Of a stretch of DNA of 64,000 nucleotides, positions 47,665 through 58,976 are shown piece by piece (the first letter of the stretch is position 1; each line of letters starts with the position of its first letter). A program made the translations under genes and the position numbers. The notes beneath the pieces are model-generated. The model did not search any database and was not told where the DNA came from. It saw only the letters and a list, made by a program, of their open reading frames with translations. The DNA comes from an uncultured Actinomycetes bacterium (lineage in GTDB: Bacteria > Actinomycetota > UBA4738 > HRBIN12), in the NCBI GenBank assembly GCA_963825685.1, contig CAWGUD010000034.1:2101-66100 (forward strand). The letters are read 5' to 3'.

Positions 47665-48500
47665 AGCGCGCGGAACGCATCGCGGCGACGGCGTTCGTGG
47701 TCGCGATCGTGGCAGCGCTGGCGCTGTTCGTCGTCTACGTCCGCGGCGACGGACCGCAGGCCGAGGGGGTCCTGCTGGCCCTGGCACTCGGCGGCGTGGG
47801 CGTGGGCCTGCTCGTGTGGGCCACGCGCCTGATGCCGCACATCCACGACGAGACGCACCCCAGGAAGGCGACCGTGCCCACGACCGAGGCCGAGCGCGAG
47901 TCGACCGTCGAGACGGTGGAGGCCGGCGTCGAGGAGATCAAGCGTCGACGGTTCCTCTCACGCCTGCTGGTCGGGGCCGCCGGGGCGCTGGGGCTCGCCG
48001 CGTTGATCCCGATCCGATCGCTCGGGCGCTCGCCCGGCGATTCGTTGTTCCGGACGAAGTGGACGTCGGGGGCTCGTCTCGTCACGGTCGACGGCACCCC
48101 CGTGACGTCGTCGACCCTCGAGGTCGGATCGTTCACGACCGTCTTCCCGGAAGGGCACGAGGGCTCGTCGGACTCGCAGGCCGTCCTGATCCGGGTCGAG
48201 CCCGACCAGCTGCAGCTGCCACCGGATCGCCTCGCCGGCGCCCCCGACGGCCTCGTCGCGTACTCGAAGATCTGCACGCACGCCGGATGCCCCCTCGGGC
48301 TCTACCTCGCGGCCACGCACGAGCTCCGGTGCCCCTGCCACCAGTCGACGTTCGACGTGCTCGACGGCGCGCGACCCGTCTACGGGCCGGCGCCCAAGCC
48401 GCTCCCCCAGCTCCCGATCGAGATCGACGACGCCGGCGGGCTGCGGGCAACCGGCGACTTCAGCGATCCGGTCGGCCCGAGCTTCTGGGAGGAGGCGTGA
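47661..48500 (+). CDS. qcrA: Cytochrome bc1 complex Rieske iron-sulfur subunit
   Basis: 279 aa from MKRAERIAAT (ATGA overlap with qcrC). Rieske boxes CTHAGCP and CPCHQS. Confidence 0.9.
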   Translation: MKRAERIAATAFVVAIVAALALFVVYVRGDGPQAEGVLLALALGGVGVGLLVWATRLMPHIHDETHPRKATVPTTEAERESTVETVEAGVEEIKRRRFLSRLLVGAAGALGLAALIPIRSLGRSPGDSLFRTKWTSGARLVTVDGTPVTSSTLEVGSFTTVFPEGHEGSSDSQAVLIRVEPDQLQLPPDRLAGAPDGLVAYSKICTHAGCPLGLYLAATHELRCPCHQSTFDVLDGARPVYGPAPKPLPQLPIEIDDAGGLRATGDFSDPVGPSFWEEA

Positions 48501-49926
48501 TCGTCCGCCGCCTGGTCGACGGGGTCGACGAACGGCTCGACGGCACGTCGTTCATCAAGCGCAACCTGCGCAAGGTCTTCCCCGACCACTGGTCGTTCAT
48601 GCTCGGCGAGCTCGCCCTCTACAGCTTCGCGATGCTGCTGCTGACGGGCACGTTCCTCAGCCTGTTCTTCGTCGCCTCGCCCGCCGAGACGGTCTACCGC
48701 GGGCCGTACGCGCCCCTGCAGGGCCGCGACGTCTCGCTCGCCTACGAATCGGTGCTGCGCATCTCGTTCGAGGTCCGGGCCGGGCTGGTGATGCGTCAGA
48801 CGCACCACTGGGCGGCGCTGGTGTTCGTCGCCTCGATGACGGCCCACCTCGTGCGCGTCTTCTTCACCGGCGCGTTCCGCAAGCCCCGCGAGCTCAGCTG
48901 GATCATCGGCGTGACGCTGCTCGTGCTCGGCATCGGCGCCGGGTTCACCGGGTACTCGCTCCCCGACGACCTGCTCTCGGGTACGGGCCTGCGCATCATC
49001 TACTCGGCCGTGCTCTCGATCCCGCTGATCGGCACGTGGCTCGCCTACCTGTTCTTCGGGGGCGAGTTCCCGTCGGCGGAGCTGATCCCGCGGCTTGTTC
49101 GTGATGCACATCCTGCTGATCCCGGCGCTGATCGTCGGCGCGCTCTCGGCTCACCTCGCCCTCGTGTGGCACCAGACCCACACCCAGTTCCGGCCGAAGG
49201 GCACCCCGGAGGAGTCGGTCACCGGCACCCCCGTGTGGCCGAAGTTCGCGCTGAAGTCCGTCGGCCTGGCCTTCATGACGTTCGCGGTGCTGACGGCGCT
49301 CGGGGGCCTCGTGCAGATCAACCCGGTCTGGCTCTACGGCCCGTTCGTGCCGTACTCGGCGCCCTCGCCCGCCCAGCCCGACTTCTACGCTGGGTGGCTG
49401 GAGGGCATCCTTCGGCTCTGGCCGAACTGGGAGTTCCACCTCTTCGGGCACACGATCGGCGAGCTGTTCCTGCCGGCGGTCGTGATCCCCGGCATCATCT
49501 TCACCGTGCTGGCGCTCTGGCCGTTCATCGAGGCCCGGGCAACCCGCGACAGGGCGATGCATCACGACGCGCAGCGCCCCCGCGACGTGCCGGTCCGAGC
49601 GGGCATCGGCGCGGCCGGCATCGCCTTCTTCGTGCTCCTGATGCTCGCCGGGTCCAACGACGTGCTCGCGAAGTACCTGCAGGTCGAGGTCGACACGCTG
49701 AACGGCGTGCTGAAGATGCTGCTGTTCGTGGTGCCGGTGCTCGTGTTCGCGATCACGTGGTGGATCTGCCGCGACCTGCGGGCGCGCGGGGCCGCGCCGA
49801 TCGCGAGACCGACGCGGGTCGAGTTCCGCCGCAACGCCGCCGGCGGTTTCGACGAGTCCCATGGCGACGGCGGGGGGTCCGGGGGAGCCCGTCGCCGCGA
49901 CGCCGGCCGACGGGGAGGACCCATGA
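48497..49926 (+). CDS. qcrB: Cytochrome bc1 complex cytochrome b subunit; frameshifted as assembled near 49097 and probably in the G6 run at 49872-49877
   Basis: GTGA overlap with qcrA. Contains FPDHWSFMLGE and RQTHHWAALVF (haem His). Junction reads ELIPRL/FVMHILLIPAL. Deleting one G of the G6 run gives ...GGGPGEPVAATPADGEDP-stop, overlapping the ctaC ATG (ATGA). Confidence 0.9.
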
Positions 49927-50682
49927 GGAGGACCGCCACATCCGTCGGGGCCCTCATCGGCCTCGCGGTCTCGGTGACGTCGTGCTCGTCATCGTTCGGC
50001 ATGCCGCGAGGAAGCACCGAGCAGGGCGAGGAGATCTTCGACCTGTGGCAGATCTTCTTCTGGGCCGGCATCGTCGTGGCCGCTCTGGTCTACGGATTGA
50101 TCGCGTGGTCGCTGATCCGGTATCGGCGCCGTCGCCGGGAGCCCGACGGCGAGCTCGGACGGCAGTTCCACGCGAACGTGCCCCTGGAGATCGTCTACAC
50201 GGTGATCCCGGTCGTGATCGTGATCGTGCTGTTCGCCCTGTCGTTCGGCACCGAGGACCGCGCCTCGTCGGTCTCGCCCACACCCGACGTGGTCCTTCGC
50301 GCGGAGGCCTTCTCCTGGGGGTGGCGGTTCGGGTACCCCGACGACGGGCGTCGAGGTCGTGAGCGAGCCGAGCGCCGAGGGGGTGCCCGGACCGGAGATC
50401 CTGCTTCCCCTCGGGCGCACGACCCGCATCGAGCTCACGTCGAACGACGTGATCCACGCGTTCTGGGTGGCCGACTTCCTGTACAAGCGCGACGCGATCC
50501 CCGGCAGGGTGAACGTGTTCGACGTGACGCCGACCGAGATCGGCACCTACCACGGGGTGTGCTCGGAGTTCTGCGGCATCCATCACGCGTACATGACGTT
50601 CACGGTGCGCGTGGTGGAGCCGAGTGAGTTCGACGCGTGGCTCACGGGCGCCGCCGCGGTCGATCAGGAGGTCGCCTCATGA
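49923..50682 (+). CDS. ctaC: Cytochrome c oxidase subunit II; frameshifted as assembled near 50349
   Basis: MRRTATSVGALIGLAVSVTSCSS (lipobox-like), two TM helices, and CuA motif HAFWV...HGVCSEFCGIHHAYM in ORF 50359..50682. Length is 3n+1. Confidence 0.88.
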
Positions 50683-52353
50683 GCCTCACGGCCGAGCGTT
50701 CCGCCCCCGCGCCTGCCCCGGCCGAGCGGCCGCACGACGGACCGGTGGCATGGATCACCACCACCGATCACAAGAAGCTCGGGGTGATGTACTGCGTCAC
50801 CGCGTTCTCCTTCTTCCTGATCGGAGGCGCGCTGGCCGGCGCGATGCGGGCCGAACTCGCCGACACGGGCGGACAGCTGATCGGGCCGCAGGCGTACAAC
50901 ACCCTCTTCACGGTCCACGGCATCATCATGATCTTCCTGTTCGTGGCGCCCTTCGGCGTGGGGCTCGCGAACTACCTCGTCCCGCTGCAGATCGGCGCGC
51001 CCGACATGGCGTTCCCGCGCGTGAACGCGATGGGGTACTGGTTCTTCGCCGGCGGAGGCCTGCTCGTGCTGCTGAGCTCGTTCGCGAGCGATGCCGGCGG
51101 TGTCGCGACCGGCTGGTACCTCTACCCGCCGCTCTCAGGTCCGCGGTACTCCCCGGGGGTGGGCCCGGATCTGTTGATCCTCGGCCTCGCGCTCGTCGCG
51201 ATCTCGACCGTGATGTCGGGCGTCAACGTGATCACGACGACGTTCCTGATGCGCGCCCCGGGCATGACGATGTGGCGCCTGCCGGTGTTCACGTGGAACG
51301 TGGTCGTCACCGCGATCCTCGGCCTCGTCGCGTTCCCACCCGCGGTGGCCGCGTTCGTGTTGCTGCTCTTCGATCGCCGGCTCGGCGGGCAGGCGTTCGA
51401 CCCGCTCGGAGGTGGCGACCCGATCGTGTACCAGCACCTCTTCTGGTTCCTCGGCCACCCCGAGGTCTACATCCTGATCCTGCCGTTCTTCGGGGTGATC
51501 ACCGAGACGATCCCCGTGTTCAGCCGCAAGCCGCTGTTCGGGTACACGGGGTTCATCCTCGCGACGCTCGCGATCGGGGCCCTGTCGACCGGGGTGTGGG
51601 CGCACCACATGTTCACGACCGGCGTCGTCGACAACCCGTTCTTCTCGGCGATGACGTTCACGATCGCGGTGCCGACCGGGGTGAAGTTCTTCAATTGGAT
51701 CGGCACGATGTGGGGCGGCAAGCTGGTGTTCCGCGTGCCGATGCTGTTCTCGATCGGGTTCCTGCTGAACTTCCTGATCGGCGGCGTGACGGGCGTGATG
51801 CTCGCGAGCGCCCCGCTCGACTTCCAACTGGCGGATTCGTACTTCCTCGTGTCGCACTTCCACTACACGATGATGGGTGGATCGGTCTTCGGCATCTTCG
51901 CCGCGATCTACTTCTGGTGGCCCAAGGCGTTCGGATACCGGCTCTCCGAGCGACTCGGCCGGGGCGTGTTCGTGTTGATGTTCGTCGGGCTTCAACCTCA
52001 CCTTCTGGCCGCAGTTCGTGGTGGGCCTGCGCGGCATGCCGCGACGCATCGTCGACTACGCCCCGGGGCTGGGATGGGACACGCCGAACCTCGTGTCGTC
52101 GCTCGGCGTCGTGGTCCTCTCGGCCGGCGTGCTCCTGTTCCTCGTCGACGCGTTCACGGCGCGGCGGCGTCGCACACCCGCGGGCGACGACCCGTGGGGT
52201 GGGTTCTCGTTGGAGTGGGCCACCTCGTCGCCGCCGCCCGAGAACAACTTCTCGTCGCTGCCCCGCATCCGGTCCGAGCGTCCGGCGTTCGATATGCGTC
52301 ACCCCGAGCTCGCACCGGACTCGAGCGCGACGACCGCCGAGGAGCCCCCGTGA
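50679..52353 (+). CDS. ctaD: Cytochrome c oxidase subunit I; frameshifted as assembled near 51990
   Basis: MSLTAERS... (ATGA overlap with ctaC). Contains WITTTDHKKLGVMY, FWFLGHPEVYILILP, VWAHHMFTTG and HFHYTMMGG. Junction reads LMFVG/FNLTFWPQFVVGLRGMPRR (ORF 52018..52353). Confidence 0.93.
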
Positions 52354-52733
52354 GGATCGCGTTGCGCTACCTCTGGGTGTACTCGGCGTTCGGGCTCGTG
52401 CTCGGCTCCGTGTACTTCGTGCTCACGCAGGAATGGGTGGGGGCGGTCGCCCTCTGGTTCCTCGGGCTGATGCCGCTCATCGTGGCGGTGTGGTGGGCGC
52501 GCCACGGGCCGTCGAGCGCGGTCCACGCCGCCGACGACCCCGATGGGGATCCCGCGGCGTCGGCGGGTGAGTCGCTGGGGTCCTTCCCGACGGCGACGGC
52601 GTGGCCACTCTTCCTCGTGCTGGGCGTGATCGTCACCGGCGCCTCGCTCGTCTACGGGCTGCTGCTCCTGCCCGCGGGCGCGGCACTGCTCGTGTGGTCG
52701 ATCGTGGGGCTCGCGCGAGAGAGCCGGGGGTAG
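52350..52733 (+). CDS. ctaF: Cytochrome c oxidase subunit IV (actinobacterial CtaF-like)
   Basis: 127 aa with 4 TM helices. GTG 52350 overlaps the ctaD stop (GTGA). Call from position and topology only. Confidence 0.65.
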   Translation: MRIALRYLWVYSAFGLVLGSVYFVLTQEWVGAVALWFLGLMPLIVAVWWARHGPSSAVHAADDPDGDPAASAGESLGSFPTATAWPLFLVLGVIVTGASLVYGLLLLPAGAALLVWSIVGLARESRG

Positions 52734-52758
52734 CGCGCGCGCTCGGACGCAGGGTCGG

Positions 52759-53478
52759 TCAGGCGCGGACGCAGCGCCAGACCCGGAGCTCCCAGAGCAG
52801 CCGGCTGCCGCGCTGGTGCAGCTTCAGCAGCCCGTCCTTCATGAGGCGCGCGGTGGCGGTCGCCTTCGCCACGAGGTCGGGCAGCGGGAACGTGCGCTCG
52901 AGCACCGGCTCGATGTTGTCGCCGAACACCCGTCGGGCAGCCGCCAGGATCGCGTTCTCGTCCTGCAGCGTGCCCGTCGGCAGGTAGAGGCGGCCACCGG
53001 GCTGCAGGGTGTCGCCGATCGTCTCCAGCAGCTTGCGGGGGAGCTCGGCTCCGGTGGGTCCACCCGCCGGCACGTCCTGGAACCATCCCGTGACCGCTGC
53101 GAGGTCGTCGGGGATGCCCGAGACGTCGCCGATCAGCACGGTCGCGTGCACGTCGCGCATCGGCTCGAGCAGGTCGCCCTGTCGGAACTCACAGACGTCG
53201 CTCAGGCCGAGGCGCTCGGCGTTGCGCATCGCCATCTCGACCGCGGGGCCGGACAGGTCGCAGCCGTAGACCTTCTTCGCGCCGAGCTTGGCCGCCACGA
53301 ACGCCAGCACGCCGCTGCCACAGCCGACGTCGATCACGGTGTCGTCCGGGCCGATCTCGAGGGCGTCGGCGAGCGTCCTGCTCGTGCTCGTCGGGCTGAA
53401 GACCCCGGGTCTCACGAGCAGCGAGAAGGGGCCGGTCCGCCCCTTCCACTCGATCTCGCTGGTCTCGACCTGGGTCAT
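52759..53478 (-). CDS. Class I SAM-dependent methyltransferase
   Basis: 239 aa with SAM motif I VIDVGCGSGVLA and acidic motif II GCDLS. Confidence 0.8.
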   Translation of the reverse strand: MTQVETSEIEWKGRTGPFSLLVRPGVFSPTSTSRTLADALEIGPDDTVIDVGCGSGVLAFVAAKLGAKKVYGCDLSGPAVEMAMRNAERLGLSDVCEFRQGDLLEPMRDVHATVLIGDVSGIPDDLAAVTGWFQDVPAGGPTGAELPRKLLETIGDTLQPGGRLYLPTGTLQDENAILAAARRVFGDNIEPVLERTFPLPDLVAKATATARLMKDGLLKLHQRGSRLLWELRVWRCVRA

Positions 53479-53515
53479 CCTGGTCGCACAGGCTACACGG
53501 CGCCACGGGGCGCCG

Positions 53516-54014
53516 CTAGACGACCGGGGGGTCGAAGGTCACGTCTTCTCCGGGCACCAGGTCTCCGCGCTCGACGGCGGCCGCGTCGGCCTCGAGCTTG
53601 TCGTGCAGGGCCGGCGGTCGCGATGCCGTGATGACCGTCGGGATACTCCTTCACCCGGCGGGAGGCGCGGCGCATCAGGGTCATCGCGCCGTGGGCGTTC
53701 CCGCGGAGCAGGTGCACGTAGCCCGCGCCCATCTGCGAGAGGCCCTTGAAGAACTCCGCGTCGTCGGTGCCTCGAGCCTGCTTCCAGGCCGTCTCCCAGG
53801 CCTCGTGCGCAGGGAAGTAGCGCCCCTCGCGCATGTGCTCGCGCCCGAGCTCGTGGTTCTGCTCGAGCGTCAGCGAGTCGTAGTCCTCGAGCACCAGCTC
53901 GTTCTCGGCGCCCCAGTCGAGCGGACGCCCGAGCCGGTCACGGGGCCGTTCGGGCTTCTGCCGGGTCGGGCTCGGCAGGCCGGTCTTGCCCTCGGTCTCG
54001 GGGAGATCGCGCAT
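53516..54014 (-). CDS. DUF309 domain protein; frameshifted as assembled near 53612
   Basis: GRYFPAHEAWETAWK...FFKGLSQMGAGYVHLLRGNAHGA is a DUF309-like helical hairpin. The tail ALHDKLEADAAAVERGDLVPGEDVTFDPPVV-stop lies in the adjacent frame. Confidence 0.6.
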
Positions 54015-54090
54015 CGAGCCATGCTACCCCCGGTCGCCCGCTCGACGAGGCCGCGTTCCACAGGGTGGCTCCTGCGCTACCGTTCCCGGC

Positions 54091-55208
54091 GTGGAACGGT
54101 TCGACGTGATCGTGGTCGGCGGCGGCGCGATGGGGACGGCCGCCGCCCGCGAGCTGGCCCGGCGCGGGCGCGAGACGTTGCTGATCGAGCGGTTCGCGAT
54201 CGGGCACGCGAACGGCAGCTCCGGAGGCCCGACCCGCATCTTCCGCTACGCCTACCACCGCCCCGACTACGTGCGGCTGGCGATGTCGGCTCGCGAGGCC
54301 TGGCAGGACCTCGAGGCCGAGGCGGGCGAGCAACTCCTGCGCGTCACAGGTGGCATCGACGTGGGACCGGCCGCCCTGCACCGGGCCGACCTGCTCGAGG
54401 CAGGCAGGTGCATCGGTCGAGCGCATCCATGGAGCCGAGGCCGAGGAGCGCTGGCCGTCGCTCCGGTTGCCCGCCGGAGCCGACGTGGTGTTCCAGCCCG
54501 ACGGCGGGGTGCTCCACGCCGCGCCGACGGTGATCGCCCAGGCCAGGCTCGCCGAGGCGAGCGGTGCGACCCTGCACTCGGAGACCACGGTCACCGAGAT
54601 CGCGCCGCGCGATGACGCCGTCGAGGTCACGACCGACGGCGGAGGGACCTTCGTCGCTCCCGTGGCGATCGTCGCCGCAGGAGCGTGGGCGGGGCCGCTG
54701 CTCGCCGGCGCCGGCATCGATCTCACCCTGCGCCCCAACCTCGAGCAGTCGACCTACTTCGAACTCGCGGATCGCGACGCATCGTTGCCGACGATGATCG
54801 ACTGGCTCGAGGATGCCGATCACCCCCCCTACCTCGTTCCCGACCCGTGGGACGCCGGCTCGTTCAAGGTCGGCCTGCACATGGCCGGCCCCGCCACCGA
54901 TCCCGACGCACGCACGTTCGACGCCGACCCTGAACGCGTGGAACGCGTGATCGCGTACGTGACCGAGCACCTGCCCACGGCGCGCGCCGACCGGACGCAC
55001 CGACACGTGCCTGTACACGATCACCCCCGACGAGGACTTCGTGCTCGACCGGGTGGGGCCGATCGTGGTCGCCTCGCCGTGCAGCGGACACGGGTTCAAG
55101 TTCGTGCCGCTGTTCGGACGCGCCCTGGCCGACCTCGCGACCGGCGAGGACACGTCGTTCGATCGATCGGCGTTCCGCGCCGATCGGGCCGGGCTCGCCC
55201 GCCGCTAG
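54091..55208 (+). CDS. FAD-dependent oxidoreductase of the sarcosine oxidase / N-methyltryptophan oxidase (MSOX) family; two frameshifts as assembled (about 54409 and 55001)
   Basis: GTG 54091. Dinucleotide fold [17 protein letters not shown]-terminal [15 protein letters not shown] (covalent-FAD Cys context of MSOX/MTOX). Three frame pieces; length is 3n+2. Confidence 0.8.
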
Positions 55209-55630
55209 CCCTCGTCGGCGAGGACGGCGAGGGCCGATCGGAGCGCCTCGTCGGCGCCGTCACCGAGCCGCCGGCGGGTGCGGGTCTGCAGCACCTGCAC
55301 CGCGCGCCGGAACTCGGTCGCGCATCGTCGCCCGTCGGCGGTCAACGCGACGAGCTTGGCGCGCGCATCGTCGGGGTCGGCGATCCTGCTCACGTACCCG
55401 CGGGCCTCGAGGTCGTCGACGACCTGCATCATCGACTGCTTCGTGATGCCGGCGCGGCCCGCCAGCTCGCCCAGCCTGGTGCCGGTCCTCCGGTCGACGT
55501 GCAGGAACACGGCCCCGTGGCCCGGCCGCACGTCGTCGTAGCCACGCTCGGCCATCGAGGCCGTCAGCGCCGTCGCGAGCGCACGATGAGCCGCCAGCAG
55601 CATCGACGTGAGGTCGGGAGCTCGGGCCAC
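55205..55630 (-). CDS. MarR family transcriptional regulator
   Basis: 141 aa; winged-HTH [29 protein letters not shown]...[10 protein letters not shown]. Confidence 0.85.
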   Translation of the reverse strand: MARAPDLTSMLLAAHRALATALTASMAERGYDDVRPGHGAVFLHVDRRTGTRLGELAGRAGITKQSMMQVVDDLEARGYVSRIADPDDARAKLVALTADGRRCATEFRRAVQVLQTRTRRRLGDGADEALRSALAVLADEG

Positions 55631-55638
55631 ACCCGATT

Positions 55639-56475
55639 ATGCTCGACCGCGTGGACGAGCCGACGCTGCCGCCCGAGTACGCGCGAACGAAGAGCATGCT
55701 CCCCGAGCTCTTGGCGACGCGACGCCGCATCCGCGGCCGCCGCGAGCCCCTGCTCCCGCACCGGGGACCGGTCGACGAGGAGCAGCGAGCCGGCGCGGGG
55801 AAGACCGGCACGCTGCGCGCGGCGATCTTCGGTGTCAACGACGGCCTGGTCTCCAACGCGGCGCTGATCATGGGGTTCGCCGGCGCCGACCAACCCCGCA
55901 CCGTGATCCTGCTCGCCGGCATCTCGGGCCTGCTCGCGGGTGCGTTCTCGATGGGCGCGGGCGAGTACGTCTCGATGCGCGTCCAGCGCGAGGTGCTCGA
56001 ACGCATGCTGCACCTCGAGGCCCACGAGCTGGGCAGCGACCCCGAGGGCGAGCGAGCGGAGCTGGCCGAGATCTACGAGCGCAAGGGCGTGCCGGCCGAG
56101 CTCGCCGACGCGCTGGCGAGCGAGCTCTCGAAGGACCCGGCGACCGCCCTCGACACGCACGCGCGGGAGGAGCTCGGCATCGACCCCGACGAGGGACTGG
56201 GCTCGCCCTGGGGAGCCGCCTCGTCGTCGTTCCTCACGTTCTCGATCGGCGCGCTGGTGCCGCTGGTGCCGTTCCTGTTCCTCGAGGGCACGACCGCCGT
56301 GATCGCATCGGCCCTGATCACGGCCCTCGCGCTGCTCGGCGTCGGCGCCCTGACCGCCCGGCTGACGGGGCGCTCGCCGCTGCTCTCCGGGCTGCGCATG
56401 CTCGCGATCGGCGGGACCGCCGCGGTCGTGACCTATCTGATCGGTCTCGCGCTCGGGGTCAGCGTCGTCGGATGA
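55639..56475 (+). CDS. VIT1/CCC1 family iron/manganese transporter
   Basis: 278 aa; LRAAIFGVNDGLVSN, GAGEYVS, and a C-terminal TM bundle. Alternative start at about 55696. Confidence 0.8.
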   Translation: MLDRVDEPTLPPEYARTKSMLPELLATRRRIRGRREPLLPHRGPVDEEQRAGAGKTGTLRAAIFGVNDGLVSNAALIMGFAGADQPRTVILLAGISGLLAGAFSMGAGEYVSMRVQREVLERMLHLEAHELGSDPEGERAELAEIYERKGVPAELADALASELSKDPATALDTHAREELGIDPDEGLGSPWGAASSSFLTFSIGALVPLVPFLFLEGTTAVIASALITALALLGVGALTARLTGRSPLLSGLRMLAIGGTAAVVTYLIGLALGVSVVG

Positions 56476-56987
56476 GCGCGCGGGAGTCGCCCGTGACCGT
56501 GCGGGAGGCCGCTCCGCACGAGTACGCGGAGGCCGGTCGGGTCACGGCCGAGGCATACCGCCAGTTCGTCGTCGACGGTGACGACGACTGGCACGAGTAC
56601 CTCGAGGCGATCGCCGACGTCGAGGGGCGGGCCGATCGCACCACGATCCTCGTCGCCCTCGACGGCGACCGCATCGTGGGCAGCGCGACGCTGGAGCTGT
56701 TCGATCGCGTCGAGGTCGAGGACGACCCGACCCTGCACCCCGAGGAGTCCCACATCCGCATGCTGGGCGTGCACCCCGACGCTCGTCGTCGCGGGGTCGC
56801 CCGGGCATTGATCGACGCCTGCTTCGAGCGCGCTCGGGACGAGGGCAAGACGTACATGACGCTGCACACGACCGAGCGGATGCGCGAGGCCCAGGGCATG
56901 TACGAGGCGCTGGGGTTCGAGCGCCTGGACGACCGCGTGTTCCCCGACGGGTTCGTGCTGCTCACGTACCGGCGCCCGATCGACTAG
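56472..56987 (+). CDS. GNAT family N-acetyltransferase
   Basis: 171 aa with ATGA overlap with the VIT gene. Contains [18 protein letters not shown] and YEALGF. Confidence 0.8.
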   Translation: MSARESPVTVREAAPHEYAEAGRVTAEAYRQFVVDGDDDWHEYLEAIADVEGRADRTTILVALDGDRIVGSATLELFDRVEVEDDPTLHPEESHIRMLGVHPDARRRGVARALIDACFERARDEGKTYMTLHTTERMREAQGMYEALGFERLDDRVFPDGFVLLTYRRPID

Positions 56988-58946
56988 GAGCCGGAGCGCA
57001 CGACCTCGCCGGTCGTGAGGATCACGCCGTCCTCGCACTCGGCCTGCACCAGGCCGCCGCGGAACTGCTGCTCGTAGAGCTGGGCGTACAGCCCTCCCCG
57101 TTCGAGCAGCTCGTCGTGGGTTCCCTGCTCCACCACGCGGCCGCGGTCGAGCACGAAGATCACGTCGGCCTTCAGGATCGTGGAGAGACGGTGCGCGATC
57201 GCGAGCGTCGTCCGGCCCTGCATCAGGGGCTCCAGCGCGGCCTGCACGAGCCGCTCGCTCGTCGTGTCGAGCGACGACGTCGCCTCGTCGAGGATCAGGA
57301 TGCGCGGGTCCTTGAGGATCACCCGGGCGATCGCGAGCCGCTGCTTCTCGCCGCCGGAGAGCTTGTACCCGCGCTCGCCGACGATCGTGTCGTAGCCCTC
57401 GGGCAGCTCCGCGATGCGGTCGTGGATGTAGGCGGCGCGAGCGGCGGCCTCCAGCTCCTCCTGCGTCGCGTCGGGTCGTCCGTACTCCAGGTTGCGCCGG
57501 ATCGTCGTGTGGAACAGGTACGTCTCCTGCGTCACCACCCCGATGTTCTCGCCCAGCGACTCGAGCGTGACGCCGCGCACGTCGCGCCCGTCGATCGTGA
57601 CCGAGCCCTCCTGCACGTCGTACAGGCGGGGCACGAGGTACGTGATCGTGGTCTTGCCGGCGCCGCTCGGGCCGACGAGCGCGGCGAGCTGCCCCGGCTC
57701 GATGCGCATCGACACGTCGTCGAGGGTCCACTCCCTCGGTGACTCGTTCGCGGCGTCGAGGTCGGTCGGAGACGTCGGCGTCGTCCGCTCCTCGGGCTCG
57801 TCGTAGCGGAACCGGACGTCGCGCAGCTCGACCGCGCCGCGCACCTCGGCGGGGTCGAGGGTCGACGGCGTTCGGAGCGTCCTGGATGTCGTGGCGGAGG
57901 TCGAGGTACTCGAAGATGCGGTCGAAGAGGGCGAGCGAGGAGTGCACCTCGGTCGAGACCTGCAGCATCGAGCCGATCGGGAAGAAGAGCCTGGATTGCA
58001 GGGTCGTGAACGCGACGATCGTGCCCGCGTTGATCGCGGTCGGGTCGGTCGAGAGCTGCCACCCCGCCACCAGGTACACGAGCGCGGGCGTGATCGAGAA
58101 GAACGTGCCGACGACGGCGAAGAACGACCGGCCGATCATCGTCTGCCGTATCTGGAAGCCGGTGAGCCGTTGGTTCTCCTCGCGGAACCTGCCGATCTCG
58201 TGGCGCTGACGACCGAACGACTTCGAGAGCAGGATGCCGCTCACCGAGAGCGTCTCCTCGGTGATCGCGGTGAGATCGGCGAGGGTCTTCTGCGTGCTGG
58301 TCGCGACCTCACGGCGGGCTCGACCCACCTTGACGGTCAGCCACAGGAAGAGCGGGAGGAGCGCGAGCGACAGCAGCGTGAGCGGCACCGAGAGCACGAG
58401 CATCGCGATCAGCGTGCTGATGATCGTGACGACGTTGGCGAGCACGTTCGAGGCGGTGTCGGTCACGACCGACTGCACGCCGCCGACATCGTTCGAGAGC
58501 CGCGACTGGATCTCACCCGTGCGGGTCGCGGTGAAGAACCGCAGGGGCATGTGCTGCAGGTGGGTGTAGAGCGCGTTGCGCAGGTCCTGCATCACCTTGA
58601 GCCCGACCTGGTTCGCCCAGTACGTCTGCGCGATGCCGATCAGGCTGGTGACGATCGGCACGGCGATCATCAGCGCCACGAGCCGGTAGAGCAGCGGGAG
58701 GTTGGGACAGGCCTCGCCGGCGCACGAGCCCTGCTCGCCGAAGAGCGCGTTGTTGAAGATCTCGGCGATCAGCAGCGGGTTGATCACGCCGAGCCCCGAC
58801 GTGATCACGATCGCGATCGCGACGAGCCCGACCGTTCGCTTGTACGGCTTGAAGGTGTCGATCACGCGTCGCACGGTGGCCCGATCGACCGGCCTCTGGT
58901 CCGCGTCGACGGGCGGCGCGGCGAAGAATCCTCGGTGGCGACCCAT
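56984..58946 (-). CDS. ABC exporter, fused permease/ATPase (MsbA/MdlB type); frameshifted as assembled near 57860
   Basis: The TMD lies in track ORF 56433..58946 (6 TM helices). The NBD is ORF 56984..57844 ([34 protein letters not shown]). Junction reads [19 protein letters not shown]. Length is 3n+1. Confidence 0.88.
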
Positions 58947-58976
58947 GTGTTCGAGGATACGTCGCGGGTGCGACGA

